Positions 34,790 through 46,920 of a stretch of 64,000 nt of DNA are shown here, piece after piece (the stretch's first letter is position 1; every line of letters begins with the position of its first letter). The position numbers and the translations under genes are program-made. The stretch lies in the NCBI RefSeq assembly GCF_018977255.1, contig NW_024704742.1:126110001-126174000 (forward strand), written 5' to 3'. The notes under the pieces were generated by a model, which did not search any database, had not been told where the DNA came from, and worked only from the letters and a program-made list of their open reading frames with translations. The stretch comes from Callorhinchus milii. Its lineage: Eukaryota.

Positions 34790-35090
34790 AAGGTACTTTA
34801 CAGTTTTCTGTGAAGACTATTGACTATATATTTAATGGCAAATTCGACAGTCAATTTGCACACAGCAACGTCCCACAAAACGTCATGTTGGCCAGGACAC
34901 CGGGAAAAACTTCCTTCTCTTTTCAAGTAGTGTCACAATATCAGCAACGACAAATTAATCACAGACCAGATGTCAGTTTAATGACCGGTACAAAGGATGG
35001 CACTTTTGATAATACAGCACTCCTCCCGCAATGGACTGTCAGTCTAGATTATGAGCTCAAAGTCCTATCTTTTTGATAGAAAATGTACTC
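34790..35090 (-). mobile_element. Old Deu-domain SINE
   Basis: ATGTTGGCCAGGACACCGGGA...AAAGGATGGCAC...TGTCAGTCTAGATTATGAGCTCAA. Confidence 0.82.
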
Positions 35091-35444
35091 AATTGCTATT
35101 ACACCCAGCGAATATCCAAGCCGGAAAAAATCTGAGCACAAGATCTTATCCGGCTCAATGTAATCAGCTGGACTGAGGAGCGTTCACATGAAGCATTACT
35201 GCCCCTCAGTGTCGAAGCTGCAATTAAAACTCTTGAACAGTCTGAACATGACAGGTAAGAGGATTAGACTTTGTCTAGATTGAACGAAGTGTGACTGTGG
35301 TTGAAATGATACCTGCATCTTCGGAAGCGATTGTCAGATATAGCAATGATGCTAATGAAAGATGGTAACACAAGATTACCATACTCTCTCTTCGTAACTA
35401 AATAATGGAGCACTCAGGTAAAATATCATTCTCAATGCTAGTAA

Positions 35445-36105
35445 ATTTGTTTTAGTCAGCTGGGTTTCTGACACATGTGGAAACCTATCACCATGCTTAA
35501 GGGTATCCAAACCAAATTGAGAGTTCCAAGCATCCCAACTATACATGGACATTCCAGAGATGTTTATTGGAATAGAATAGAATAGAATAGAATATGCACT
35601 CTCTCCCTGGATGGACGCAACTTGCTTACCTAATTTTGGAAAGGATTAGGTGAAAGTTGGCAAGAACCAAGGCTTGGGGACCCCAGAACATCCGTTGGGG
35701 GTACTGCTGATCTCTAACCAGCTAAAACCGCTACCTTGCATTGAGAGCACTACCTGGCAAGCCCTTCTGCTGCTTATCCAACAAGGACCACCCTAACCAA
35801 TAGGGCTTGGCTTGCAGGATTAACAGGAGCTGAATGAAAGGAAGAGAAGAGTGTCTGGGAAGTGGGAAAAGTCCCTGCCCCCAGTGACTGGTCTGCTCTT
35901 CCGAGTCCTGCTGATGAATTAGGCTGGCTGTGTTGTCATCAGCAGTGCCTTGGAGTACTGCAGACCTGCCTCGCTCAGGAACTGGCCTACCAAGATCGCC
36001 GGAGGGTGATCGAATTCTGACAATTTGTTGTTAAACATGTCACCTTAGCACCAGTTCAGCTCCAAGGAGATCATGCTTACTTCCCCCCCAATGATAGGTG
36101 CTAGT
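35445..36105 (-). repeat. Family X repeat, most complete copy (~650 bp) with internal (GAATA)n
   Basis: Reference copy; contains all blocks seen in the other copies. Confidence 0.9.
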
Positions 36106-36152
36106 AAAAGGTGGGGGGGGGGGGGGCAGGTTAGGATATCAACAAACACATC

Positions 36153-36218
36153 ATAATAATAATAATCCTTGCATTTGATGTAGCGTTTTTCACATCTTCT
36201 AGACGTCTCAAAGTGCTT
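36153..36218 (-). mobile_element. Solitary SINE tail
   Basis: (AAT)nCCTTGCATTTGATGTAGCGTTTTTCAC..GACGTCTCAAAGTGCTT. Confidence 0.9.
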
Positions 36219-36444
36219 GTTGAAACAAGATGGAAGGGAAAGAAAGACAAGGTGGGATGCGAAAGCAGATTTGTGGAAACAAGAAAACAATGCAAAGATA
36301 AAGGAGATGGGGTTAAAGAGATAAGAAGAGATTTTGCACTGTGCTTTATTCATAAGCAGCATATTTTTCCTGTTGAGAGTGAGTCACTTTGAGACTGCTG
36401 GATTATATGACTAAATCAGTTGAGTTTAGATACTCAGACATCAT

Positions 36445-37112
36445 ACTCTGGCTCTGGTTAGGTCGCACCTAGAGTCCTGCAGAGTCACCGTGACATAATG
36501 GGTTGTCCTGCTATAGAGGCAATGCAGAGGAGAGCAATAATAACAATAATAATTCTTGCATTTCATATAGCGCCTTATCACGTCCTCTAGATGTCTCAAA
36601 GTGCTTCACAGAATATACTGTAAAGTGAATTAATTGTATATTTTGTGGGCAAAACATGGCAGCCAATTGTGCAAAGCAGTATCCCACAAACAGTTGTGGA
36701 TTGAGTGAACAAATATATATATCTTTTAAAGGGATTATTACCCCCGGAAAAGCGATCCAACAATCGACTAATAACCGGGTTCCTACTTACTGCTAGGTGA
36801 ACAGAGGCGTATGGAGTAAGGAAACTTGCCCAACGTTTTATCCTGCTGGGAATTGAACCCAAGTCCTCTCGCTTGCGATGCAAGTGCTCTAACTAATATG
36901 CTACAGGACTCCACATGAGGATAATCCCCAGACGAATGAGTTACGCTCAATAATTGGACAACCTTAGGGTGTTCAGTCTGAGAAACGATGACTTAGAGAG
37001 GACTTCATAAAAACGTGTAAAAATTTAAAAGGAACTGATAAAGTAATCCCAGAGCAATACTTTAGGATACACCAAGACAGTAAAACAAGAGGACATAGAT
37101 TTAGAGTTGCAA
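36445..37112 (+). mobile_element. Degenerate CR1 fragment split by a SINE
   Basis: CTGGTTAGGTCGCACCTAGAG before the SINE; TTAGGGTGTTCAGTCTG..CTTAGAGAGGACTT..AACAAGAGGACATAGATTTA after it. Confidence 0.78.
36536..36911 (-). mobile_element. tRNA-Ala-headed SINE, long variant, full length
   Basis: Reverse complement homologous to 23448-23813. Confidence 0.93.
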
Positions 37113-37702
37113 TATGCTAATTCTACTTATGAAAAGACTTAAAGTGTGGATGGTTCTGGGGACAGAGAAGGCAGGAGGCTCTGTGTGGAAGCTATATGAA
37201 TGCTCTGCTACATGCTGCACAATATCAGTAGAGCAGAGGCATGTGATTCTGATCTACTTGCTCCTTTGTGACACTGGGATCAAAACATTAGCAGCAAGAT
37301 TCACTAACAATCCGTGGATCCTGACAGTAACTGAACATGTGTCACACTCCAACTCCAACTACTTCCAGATGCACTGAGTGACTGGTGTTCCCGCAAGTTG
37401 ACGTGATGTACATCCATTTACCGATAGAATTCAATATCAACCAAACATTTTGACTTCTGTTGCGAATACTACATTTCTGATTCTCTATGTGCCATTGATG
37501 AATTCTTTCTGAGAGTGACATAGTGGGATTTGGTGCTTCATTCCCTCAGTTGTGCAGTGACTTTCCACCAGGGATAAGTTATACATCTACATAATAGAAG
37601 ATGTATTGTTTATAAGACCATGCATTTAAGAGCTGCATTGCACTCTGAACTCCTTGGACACTGACCACCAATGTGTATAAGTTTTACCAAAAGCAGACGC
37701 CA

Positions 37703-38010
37703 ACAGAATAACAACAGCAAAACATGCACTCATGGTAACAATTTTCACATAGGAGAACTTCTCAACATACTTTGCAGAGATAGAGAGGGGAGCTCGAGCA
37801 GAGTTGAACTCAGGGGTGTTGGCAGGAGATGGCCAAAGATGCAGTCAAAGAGGCTTTCAGATGGGTTTTGAAAGAAGAGAGTGAGGAAGAAAGGAGAAAG
37901 GATTTAGGGAGACAGCTCCAGAGAATGGGGACAAAGCAGTTAAAAGCACCACTGATGACAGGTGGAGGGGGCAGCGAATGCGAAGCAGACCTGCTGAGTT
38001 GACTGAGCAA
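37703..38010 (-). mobile_element. Degenerate L2 3' fragment
   Basis: ISGAFNCFVPILWSCLP...SSFKTHLK (ORF 37810-38097). Confidence 0.8.
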
Positions 38011-38764
38011 AGGGATTCGGCGGGTGAACAATAATCGAGTGGAAGGATCTTCAGATAGTCTGGACTTGAAGCCCCATCTTTCAAAAGAAAAATTCAAAAG
38101 ATGAGCATCTTTGACTGATGGTGTACATTTGTCACCAGAGATGAGGGGCCATTTGCACTAACCAGCTTTCTCAACTGAACACTGAAGATAATAGAGATTA
38201 ATGCCCAACAAAAGATCAAAGGAAATTCAAAGTGAAAAAGGTGTCGGGTAAACCAAAGCAAATCATTGAGCCTTTTGCTATTATCAAGCACTGTTTTTAC
38301 ATGAACCAATGTTTGCAATGTTGATGCCTAGAAATACATATACTGTAGGCAGTTAATCACAAAATGATCACAGTCTATTTGCTTACTATTTCTTTTTGTT
38401 TATTTGGCATTTATCCAGTATTGGGTCAATGTTCAATTCGAACTCTAGCAAGATTTTAATTGAATTCTTCATTGGATTTCTGTAAGAACGCAACAAACCA
38501 GAGTGCCCCTCCAGACATAGAAGATCAGGCAAAATGAAAGCTATCACAAGCATGAATGCAATAGTCCAGACCCAAATGTAACTAATTCACGTGTGGAAAC
38601 ATTTAGCTTAAAATAAAAGAATTAAAGATATGTATTTCATTTGATTGGTAAGGATGCTGTAATTGTTAATAAAGTCCAAAAGTTCCATTGTTCAAGTATT
38701 TCATTTAAATTATAAAAAGAACATCATATGTTCTTAGAAAATGACAAGTTGTACTATTTACTTG

Positions 38765-39158
38765 TAATAATACAACTTTCATTTGATATAAGGCCTTATT
38801 AGTCAAAATGTCTCAAAGCGCTCCAAAAAGGATTTTATTGTAGAGTGTAGTGATTGTGTATTTAAAGGCAATTATGACAGCTAATTTGTACGCAGCAATA
38901 TCCCACAAACATCCATGAAATGAATGACCTATTTTATTTGAGGGATTATTGAAGAAAACTGGGAAAAACTCCCTTTTGTTTTCAAATAATGCTGAGGGAT
39001 CTTTAACATTCATCTGAACAGGCAGATGGGGTTTGATGACTCGGTTTAACGGACGGCACAATGCCACCTTCCCCATCAGTGTCAGCCTAGAATGTGAGTT
39101 CAAAATCCCGGTTTGGGGCTTGTTTCAATAGCCTCCTGACTCAGAGGGGAGAATGCTT
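38765..39158 (-). mobile_element. Old Deu-domain SINE
   Basis: GGGATCTTTAACATTCATCTGAACAGGCAGATGGG...TGTCAGCCTAGA...CCTCCTGACTCAGAGG. Confidence 0.9.
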
Positions 39159-39214
39159 ATATATAACACTTTTGGATGAAGCAAACATGCATGGGAATGT
39201 TTAAGAAATACTAG

Positions 39215-40976
39215 ACCTCTTACTATTTAAAAAAGGTGGAAAGGAAAAGATGGGGAACTATAGGCCAGTTAGTCTAACATCAGTGGTAGGAAAAATTTTA
39301 GAATCATTGATTAAGGAGGTGGTAGTGCAGTGTTTATAGGAGCCTATAATTAGGCCAAGTCAACATGGCTTTACAAAAGGGAAGTCATGTTTGACAAATC
39401 TCATAGAATTTGTTGAGGATATTTTGAGTAAACTAGATAAGGGTGAATCAGCGGATGCGGTCTATTTGGACTTCCAGAAGGCATTCGATAAGGTTAGTCC
39501 AACAGATAGGGGCCCATGGAATTGGGGGGAGCATATTAACATGGATTGGGGAATGGTTAATGGGTAGGAAACAAAGAGTAGGGATAAACGGGTCCTTTTC
39601 AGATGGCAGGATGTGACTAGTGGAGTGCCACAAGGATCAGTCCTTGGGCCTCAGCTATTTACCGTCTACATCAACAATCTAGATGAGGGCATCGAAGTTA
39701 ATATATCTAAATTTGTGGATGACACAAAACTAGGAGAAAGTGTCAACACAGAGGATGACATTAAAAAAATGCAGTGCGACATAGATAGGTTAGGTGATTC
39801 GGCAGGTAGGTGGCAGATGAAGTATAATGTAGAGAAGTGCGAAGTCATCCACCTAGGCAGCAAAAACAGTAGAGGGGTTATTTTTTAGAAGGCGAGAGAC
39901 TGGAATGTGTTAGCGTCCAGAGGGACTTGGGTATCCTTGTACACCAATCACAGAAAGTTAGTCTGCAGGTGCAGCAGCAATTAGGAAGGTGAACGGTATG
40001 TTAGCATTCATTATGAAAGGATTAGAGTATAAGAGTAGGGAAGTCCTGCTGCAACTGTATAGGGCCCCGGTGAGACCACACCTGGAATACTGTGCGCAGT
40101 TTTGGTCTCCTTATTTAAGGAAGTATGTACTTGCCTTGGAGGGGGTGCAGGGTAGATTTACTAGGTTAGTACCAGGGATGAAGGGGATGAGTTATGAGGA
40201 TAGGCTGACCAATTTGGGCCTATATTCTCTAGAATATAGAAGAATTAGAGGGGATCTTATAGAAACCTATAAGATCATCAAAGGGCACGATAGAGTAGAT
40301 AGTGGGAGATTGTTTCCCCTGGTTGGAGAAACTAAAACCAGGGGTCACAACCTTAAAATCAGAGGCCAGCCCTTTCGCACTGAGTTGAGGAAGATCTTCT
40401 TCACTCAAAGGGTGGTGAATGTATGGAACTCGCTACCCCAAAGGGCTGTTGATGCTCAGTCCTTGAACATATTCAAGACTGAGATAGATAGATTTCTTAT
40501 TGCAAAAGGGATTAAGGGATATGGGGATAAGGCAGGGTTATGGTATTAGCTGGAGTTAGATTAGAAGTCCTGTAGCTCAGTGGTTAGAGCACTCGCTTTG
40601 CAAGTGAGAGACCTGAGTTCAATTCCAGGCAGGGCGAAACCTTGGGCAAGTTTCCTTACTCCACACGCCTAATAATAATCCCTCCAAAAAAAAAAAAAAA
40701 AACAATAATTAAATTGGTCATTTTCAATCTACGACTGTTTGTGGGACATTGCTGTGCGTAATTGGCTGCCGCGTTCGCCCACAAATATACAGTCAATTCA
40801 CTTTACAGTGTGTTCTGTGAAGCGCTTTGGGACGTCCTCCCGACGTGAAAAGCGCTATATCAAATGCAAGGATTATTATTATTATTATTATTAAGATCAG
40901 CCATGATTGAATGGTGGGGCAGGTTCGAAGGGCTGAATGGCCTACTCCTGCTCCTACATGTTATGTTATGTTATGT
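39215..40976 (+). mobile_element. CR1 LINE, 5'-truncated: RT with stops/frameshifts, open 186-aa C-terminal frame, 3' UTR with (TATGT)n tail; SINE inserted in the 3' UTR
   Basis: GNYRPVSLTS, QHGFTKGKSCLTNL, YLDFQKAFDKV, SGVPQGSVLGP, KFVDDTKL, VRPHLEYCAQFWSP, RRIRGDLIETYK. Confidence 0.97.
40566..40893 (+). mobile_element. Young tRNA-Ala-headed SINE, short variant, full length
   Basis: CpG-rich; A/B boxes, internal poly-A, tail AAGCGCTTTGGGACGTCCTCCCGACGTGAAAAGCGCTATATCAAATGCAAGG(ATT)n. Confidence 0.96.
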
Positions 40977-41109
40977 TCATTCATTAAAATAGATGCTAAA
41001 ACTGTGAAATTTTCAAGTTACATTTTGTAGCATATTGAAGCATTGGATAGCCGGATATCTGTTGGTTCATGACTGGCTTAACTAAACAAAAATGCTAAAT
41101 ATACTATGC

Positions 41110-41360
41110 GAAAGGAGAAGGGAGTTTCTCCCTCTGTTCTGGCCAGCAGTACTCTAGGTAAATAAATTATTCAATTCATTGTTGTGCGTGGGATATTGCT
41201 GCACACAAAATGGTGGCAATATCTGAGTACAAAATACATAGTGACTTTACTTGACACAAATGTCCCTGAAATTGCTTTGAGGTACCGTCCTTTGGATGGA
41301 CTCGATGGGCCAAATAGCCTACTTCTGTGCTGTATAATTCCATGATTCGATGATTCTATA
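41110..41360 (+). mobile_element. Old SINE body fragment (41110-41285) followed by CR1 3' UTR (41293-41360)
   Basis: GAGAAGGGAGTTTCTCCC..; CTCGATGGGCCAAATAGCCTACTTCTGTGCTGTATAATTCCATGATTC. Confidence 0.8.
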
Positions 41361-41371
41361 TGCATGCCATC

Positions 41372-41425
41372 TCCACATGGAAATTTCCCTGGATCTGGAA
41401 TGTACACCCAGGAGGATAGTCACTA
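41372..41425 (-). repeat. Short internally deleted family X piece
   Basis: ACATGGAAATTTCCCTGGA (cf. 62557) joined to GGATAGTCAC (cf. 10723, 4811). Confidence 0.5.
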
Positions 41426-41939
41426 GTTGGTCATTTGACATTTGACAAGTGCAGGTTTGACCCCTCACTAGGTGGTTAGCAGGTATCAGGGTTTGAAGAG
41501 CTTTTGGATTTCCATTGGCTAAGCACTCATGATTCAATGAAAACCAGGGTTAATTCCAACGTGATTAATTTTTGTTCTTCCAGAGATGATGCTATGCAAA
41601 ATAATGTCACTGTTTCTCAGCAAGAACCATAACTTAATCCCAGCAGTAAATTAGGCCACACGATCGTCACGCGACTCTACAGGAGATGATGCCTAGGGGA
41701 GGGAACAGGAGCAATCTACTTCTATTGTCTATTAAAGGAGAAATTAATTATTTGAGCTATGGTGCATGACTCTCAGCTCTATAGAATCAAATTATTTAAT
41801 GACCCAATTTGTTTGCTTGCAAACACAAAAGTGGCATTCAGGCTTTTTACTCTAGGTGCAGAATATTACAATAATTGGCTGTCTGAAAACACAGGATCTA
41901 TGTGAGAATACAAGCATTCAAAATGAGTTATTTGTTCAA

Positions 41940-42228
41940 CTCCAAAGGCCTCCTGTTTGTCCCTTCCGCTCCACTATCGGTGGCCATGCCTTCAGCCACT
42001 ATGCCTCGAAACTCTTGAACTCTGGAACTCTCTTCTTCAATCCCTTTGCCTTGCCCCCTCTCTCCCACTTTCAAATCTCACCTAAAGACCTTCATTTTTG
42101 ATCGTGCTTACGGTCACCTTCCCCTTCCTTCTCCTCCTGGCTCGGTGTCAGACTCTGACACTTTTAAGTGCTCCGGCACTCTATCCTACGTGAAAGGTGC
42201 TATATAAATGTAAGTTATCTTTGTGTTT
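41940..42228 (+). mobile_element. L2 3' fragment
   Basis: RSTIGGHAFSHYA (ORF 41856-42101); tail GTGAAAGGTGCTATATAAATGTAAGTT. Confidence 0.88.
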
Positions 42229-42554
42229 GATTATTTCGAGAAATGTGTCGCAATCCATGTTTTGCAAAAACAATAACCAATTAATTAAAGATGTTTCATT
42301 ATTAAGGGAAACAATTAATCTTGGAAAGAATTGTTGGATTGGCCATGTTAGAAGTTAGCAAATGTAGATCAATACTAGCTAGACTCTCCTGAGATTCCAA
42401 TACAACCCCATTGCTAATATTGCATTTCTAACTCAAGTGTTGCAATGATAGCTTATGTATGCAGGTAGCAAACGAGCTGTGAATTTCAACCAGAGGATAT
42501 AAAAGGAAATTCTACCTCATCTTAGTCTATATGTCTGTTTTCCTTCAAAATTTA

Positions 42555-42742
42555 AGATCGGTCAAAAATGTGTTAAATTCTTAAATTCAATCTTCATCAG
42601 AAAGTTGATTTCTTTTCAAGAATTGTGGAAAACTAGGATCCAAATTAAGAAGGGATTTAAGAATTTTCCACAGTTTTGCCTGAATTTACAGTTTAAGACA
42701 AAATGGTCTTAATAAGCTAAGACTAGATGGATTTTCAAGCTT
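42555..42742. mobile_element. Fold-back MITE-like element (same family as 18680-18890)
   Basis: AAATTCTTAAATTC ... GATTTAAGAATTTT; shared 3' block AATGGTCT..GCTAAGA.TAG.TG.ATTT. Confidence 0.7.
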
Positions 42743-42936
42743 CCTTACTTTAACCATGGACAGTGTAACTGGCATTGCTGTGAAGCTCACTTGTTAACAT
42801 TAGTCATGTTTCCATGTTTACTATTTGGATAGAGCTGATTCTCCTGTCCTGTCAGACGCCATTGAGCTTCTTTGCAGGCACTTGAAAACATGCGAGCAAA
42901 GCTCCATTTCAACTGTAATTTCAATCTTTCCTTTTA

Positions 42937-43213
42937 CAACAACAATAACAACAACTTGCATTTATATAACGCCCTTCACACTGGGCAGCGTTTCACAGCT
43001 CTGAACAGTGGCTAACCTGATGCCAAGCCGGGGGATGTAGGAGGTGACTGTAAGCAGGGTCAAAGAGGAAGGTCTTTTAACTAGATCGTACTGGTATCCA
43101 CCAATATAATAATATAATAATAATAATCCTTGCATTTGATATAGCACTTTTCACGTCTTCTAGACGTCCCAAAGCACTTCACAGAATATACTGTAAAGTG
43201 AATTGACTGTATA
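42937..43213 (-). mobile_element. L2 3' end (42937-43085) and SINE tail (43112-43213)
   Basis: (CAA)n CTTGCATTTATATAACGCCC; (AAT)nCCTTGCATTTGATATAGC. Confidence 0.88.
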
Positions 43214-43439
43214 TATCCAAACACAAGGGCTGCTGTATATGAAAGGCTCCTGTTACTGGCTATGCAGATTTCTGAACTCTGGACACCCACTATTACTACT
43301 AAAAACCTTGTTTCTAGGAACAACATTTTTGCATTTTAATGGTTTCATCAGGCTCGGTGCTGAGTTGATCACTTGATAGAGACCAATCCCATGTTGGATT
43401 AGTGTTACAGAAAGGAAGAATGTACATTCTAATTCTTTG

Positions 43440-44232
43440 TTCCAGGAAGAGCAAAGCAATCTGGGGGTCAATGTATATAATTCCTTAAAGGAGGGAATGC
43501 AGGTGGACAAAACTGTCAACAAATCTAATGTAATCTTAGGTTTTATAAATAGGGCTATAGAGCATAAAAGCAAAGAGGTAATGCACAATTTTATAAAGAA
43601 AATTGTTAATTAGACCACAGTTAGAATATTGCAATATTAGAGTATTGGTCAACCCACTTTAGAAAATACTTCCAAGCAATAGAGGGCGGAGATAAGATTT
43701 ACCAGGATGATATAGGAAATGAGTAGCTTGGTTAATGAGTGGAGACTAGAGGAATTGTGACTTTTTCTGCTGGAACAAAGAAGATTGAGGGGTGACCTGA
43801 CAGGTGTCTTTAAAATTATGAGTTGGTTTTGATAGAGTCAGTAGAGAGAAATTATTTCCACTGGTTGGTGAGTCAGTAACTGGAGGGCATCAGTTTAAGA
43901 TAGTTAATGAACAAGCAAATGGGGAGGTTACAAGATATTTTTTCACACAGAGTAGGTAGGACATGGAATGGCCTGTTGGGAGCAGTGGTTGAGGCAGAAT
44001 CCATATTGACCTTCAAGAGGGAACTGGACAAATACAACAACAACTTGCATTTGTACAGCACCTTTCATAGGGGATAGTATCTCAGAGTGATTTTTAATAC
44101 CTAAAAAGAGTCTGCTACAGGGGAATGGGGAAGAAAGGAAAGGTAAATGGGAATGAAAGGATTGCTCTTGAGGAAGCTGGCACCGACACGATAGGCTAAT
44201 GGCATTCTTCTGTGCCGTAAATTTCTATAGAC
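43440..44232 (+). mobile_element. Older CR1 3' fragment with a nested L2 tail (-, ~44035-44095)
   Basis: TTAGGTTTTATAAATAGGGCTATAGAG, AGACCACAGTTAGAATATTG, AGATTGAGGGGTGACCTGA, 3' UTR GCTAATGGCATTCTTCTGTGCCGTAA. Confidence 0.9.
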
Positions 44233-44399
44233 CTTTCAGAAGTTTAACTTCTGACTGACTAAATCAATACTTTGTCATTTCATGTGAGCAGCTACAATCA
44301 TGATGTTTGCATAATGAGGTCTGGTTAAAAGATAGTTCTCTTATACCTAGTACTGTGCTGTTGCAGTGAAAATTGCATCCAAAACACGGGGAGAATATG

Positions 44400-45292
44400 G
44401 ATAGTGAAGAGGATAGTGAAGAGCCAACTGCAGGAAAACATAGACAGAATGGTAAAATGGGCAGATACATGGCAGATGAGTTTCAATGTAGAGAAATGCG
44501 AGGTAATGCATTTTGATAGAAAGAATGAGGGGCGGCAATACAGGCTAGACAATACAATCTTAAGGGGGGGTAAAAGAACAGAGAGACCTAGGGGTGCAGG
44601 TAAATGAATCCGTGAAGGTGGCAGGACAGGTAGATAAGGCTGTAAAAAGGGCAAATGGGATTCTAGGCTTTATAAATAGGGGCATAGAGTACAAGAGTCA
44701 GGAGGTTATGATTAACCTATATAAAACACTGGTTAGGTCTCAGTTAGAATACTGCGCCCAGTTCTGTATAGGAAGGATGTTAAGGCATTGGAAAGGGTGC
44801 AGAGGAGATTTACGAGGATGGTACCAGGAATGAGGGACCTTGATTATGAGGAAAGGCTAGAGAGGTTAGGATTATTCTCATTGGAGCAGAGAAGGTTACG
44901 AGGAGACCTAATAGAGGTCTTCAAAATCATGAGGGGATTTGATAGGTTAGAAAGGGAAAAACTGTTTCCACTGGTGGGTGTGTCGGTGACTCGAGGTCAC
45001 AGATTCAAAATAGTATCTAAAAGAAGCAGAGGGGAGGTGAGAAGAATTTTTTTCACACAGCGAGTTGTTCGAATCTGGAACGCATTGTCTGAAAGGGTGC
45101 TCGAGGCCGATTCGATAACTACTTTTAAAAACGTGGTGGATGGGTATTTGAGGAGGACGGATTTGCAGGGTTGTGGGGAAAGGGCTGGGGAGTGGGATTG
45201 ACATTAATTGCTCTATTCAAAGAGCCGGCACAAACTCGATGGGCCGAATGGCCTCTTTTTGTGCTGTATGATTCTATGATTCTATGATTCTA
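44400..45292 (+). mobile_element. CR1 3' fragment with (TATGATTC)n tail
   Basis: WQMSFNVEKCEVMHF; ILGFINRGIEYKS; LERLGLFSLEQRRLRGDLIEVFK; FFTQRVVRIWNAL. Confidence 0.96.
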
Positions 45293-45395
45293 GGAGAAGA
45301 CTGAGGATGGAGCCCTGAGGAATGCCACATGTGAACTGAGCAGGGACAGAACTAGAAACGGTTAGAGGAGATGGAGTGAAGGCACTGGGACAGGT
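45293..45395 (-). mobile_element. Short L2 RT fragment
   Basis: Minus strand TCGIPQGSILSL. Confidence 0.6.
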
Positions 45396-45544
45396 AACAA
45401 CAATGAAACAATTCATCCTTGTATTGATGTAGAGCTCCAGGATGCTACCCTCATGAAGGGCACTTTATAAAAGTTTTTGTTGTTATAGCAGCTTTCACTT
45501 CAAAAAGACGTTTCATGGCGCTTCACAGGAATCACCACAAAGTG

Positions 45545-45782
45545 TAAATCCTCCACTTGGGTGAAGATTTATTCTATATTCAGAATTTGGCAATCTTAAC
45601 TTTGAAGCTTTGAAGCAAGGGTTGTTATTTATTCCTAATACATGTTGTCTTTCTGTCATTTTTAATAAAATTCATAGAAAACATGTTTCGAAATTACGGC
45701 TGTGTTTAAGAATTTGCCAAATTCTGGACTCTCCAAATGCTACATAAAATAAATTGAATTTTAAATCAGGTGGAGTTCTGTT
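45545..45782. mobile_element. Fold-back MITE-like element
   Basis: CTCCAC.TG..AGAATTTGGCAA left arm; TTGCCAAATTCTGG..CAGGTGGAG right arm. Confidence 0.7.
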
Positions 45783-45934
45783 AAGAGGCTTCACAAATTT
45801 ACTCATGGTTGTTTTCAATGTGAACAGAATAATGAGTTCCAACATTCATTAATCTAGTATCTCAGCTAAGTAAGTGCCCACGTCCACTGTCCATGGATTA
45901 CAGTTCCGATTACTTTATGTGTGATACCAAATGT

Positions 45935-46268
45935 CTCGTTCACACACCTTTATCACCTCAAGGCTGGACTACAGGAACTCTTTCCTCGTTGGCCTTCCCA
46001 GCACCTCCCTCCACAATCTGCAGGTCATTCAGAAGTCTGCAGCTCGTGTACTGTCCCGCACCAGGCTTCGGGACCACATCACCCCATCCTCGCTCGCCTC
46101 CACTGGCTCCCCATCCCCCAGTGGATCGATTTCAAGATCCTCATCCTCACCTACAAGGCCATTCACGGCCTTGCTCCCTCCTACCTCTCCGACCTACTAT
46201 CCCCCTACATATCTGCCCGTACCCTCCGTTCCTCTGGCTCCGGTCTGCTCCACACCCCCCGCCCTAAC
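45935..46268 (+). mobile_element. Young L2 ORF2 fragment lacking tail
   Basis: FITSRLDYRNS..GLP; LHWLPIPQWIDFKILILTYKAIHGLAPSYLSDLL; near-identical to 61285-61420 (-). Confidence 0.95.
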
Positions 46269-46552
46269 AGGTCTATACAATGGGCAAACAATGATATTTA
46301 GTCACTGAATATGTGTTGTGTCAAATATATCTGCCAAGTTTAACCTCTTTGATAATGATAATGATATTTTGCGTAACAATAAACATTTTGAGTAATAATT
46401 CTATAGATTTCTTAAATCCCCTTCAAGTCTGCCACCAAATATGTGATAGCACAACTGGTTGATAATATTTTAAAATAGCTTTCTTGCAAAAGCAAACATT
46501 CATTCATAGAGGCAATATTTAGTTCAAGAGACAAAACCAAGTAAAAACTACA

Positions 46553-46920
46553 CAACAATACTGATAATCCTTGCAATGATATAGTGTCTTTCACTTCAGG
46601 ATGTCTCATAGTGTTTCATAGGATAGTACTCTAAAGTGCAGTAACTGTGTATTTTTAGGCAATCAGTGGCAGCCAATTTGCACACAAAAATGTCCCACAA
46701 ACAGCTATGAAGTAATTGATTCATTTTATCTGGAGATTGTTTGCCAGGGCACCACTGGAAAAACTTGCTTCTTTTTTCAAATGGATCTTTAACATGCACT
46801 TGGCAGACTGAACTTCAGTGCAATGTTTCATCTGATGGACAGCACCTCAAACAATGAGGTGCTCCACGGACACTGTATTGGAGTGTCGGCCTAGACCTAG
46901 AGTTCCATGTCCCACACCAA
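46553..46920 (-). mobile_element. Old Deu-domain SINE
   Basis: ATAATCCTTGCAA..; GTGGCAGCCAATTTGCACAC..; TCATCTGATGGACAGCACCTC. Confidence 0.88.

Noticed and set aside
36040..36105. Helitron interpretation of family X (hairpin then CTAG-T)
   Set aside because: CTAG is seen in only two pieces, lies >30 nt from the hairpin, no 5' TC is evident, and truncation polarity fits a retroposon better; not fully excluded.
39989..40549. 186-aa ORF as a host gene or active LINE
   Set aside because: C-terminus of CR1 ORF2; the upstream RT has stops and frameshifts and the element is 5'-truncated.
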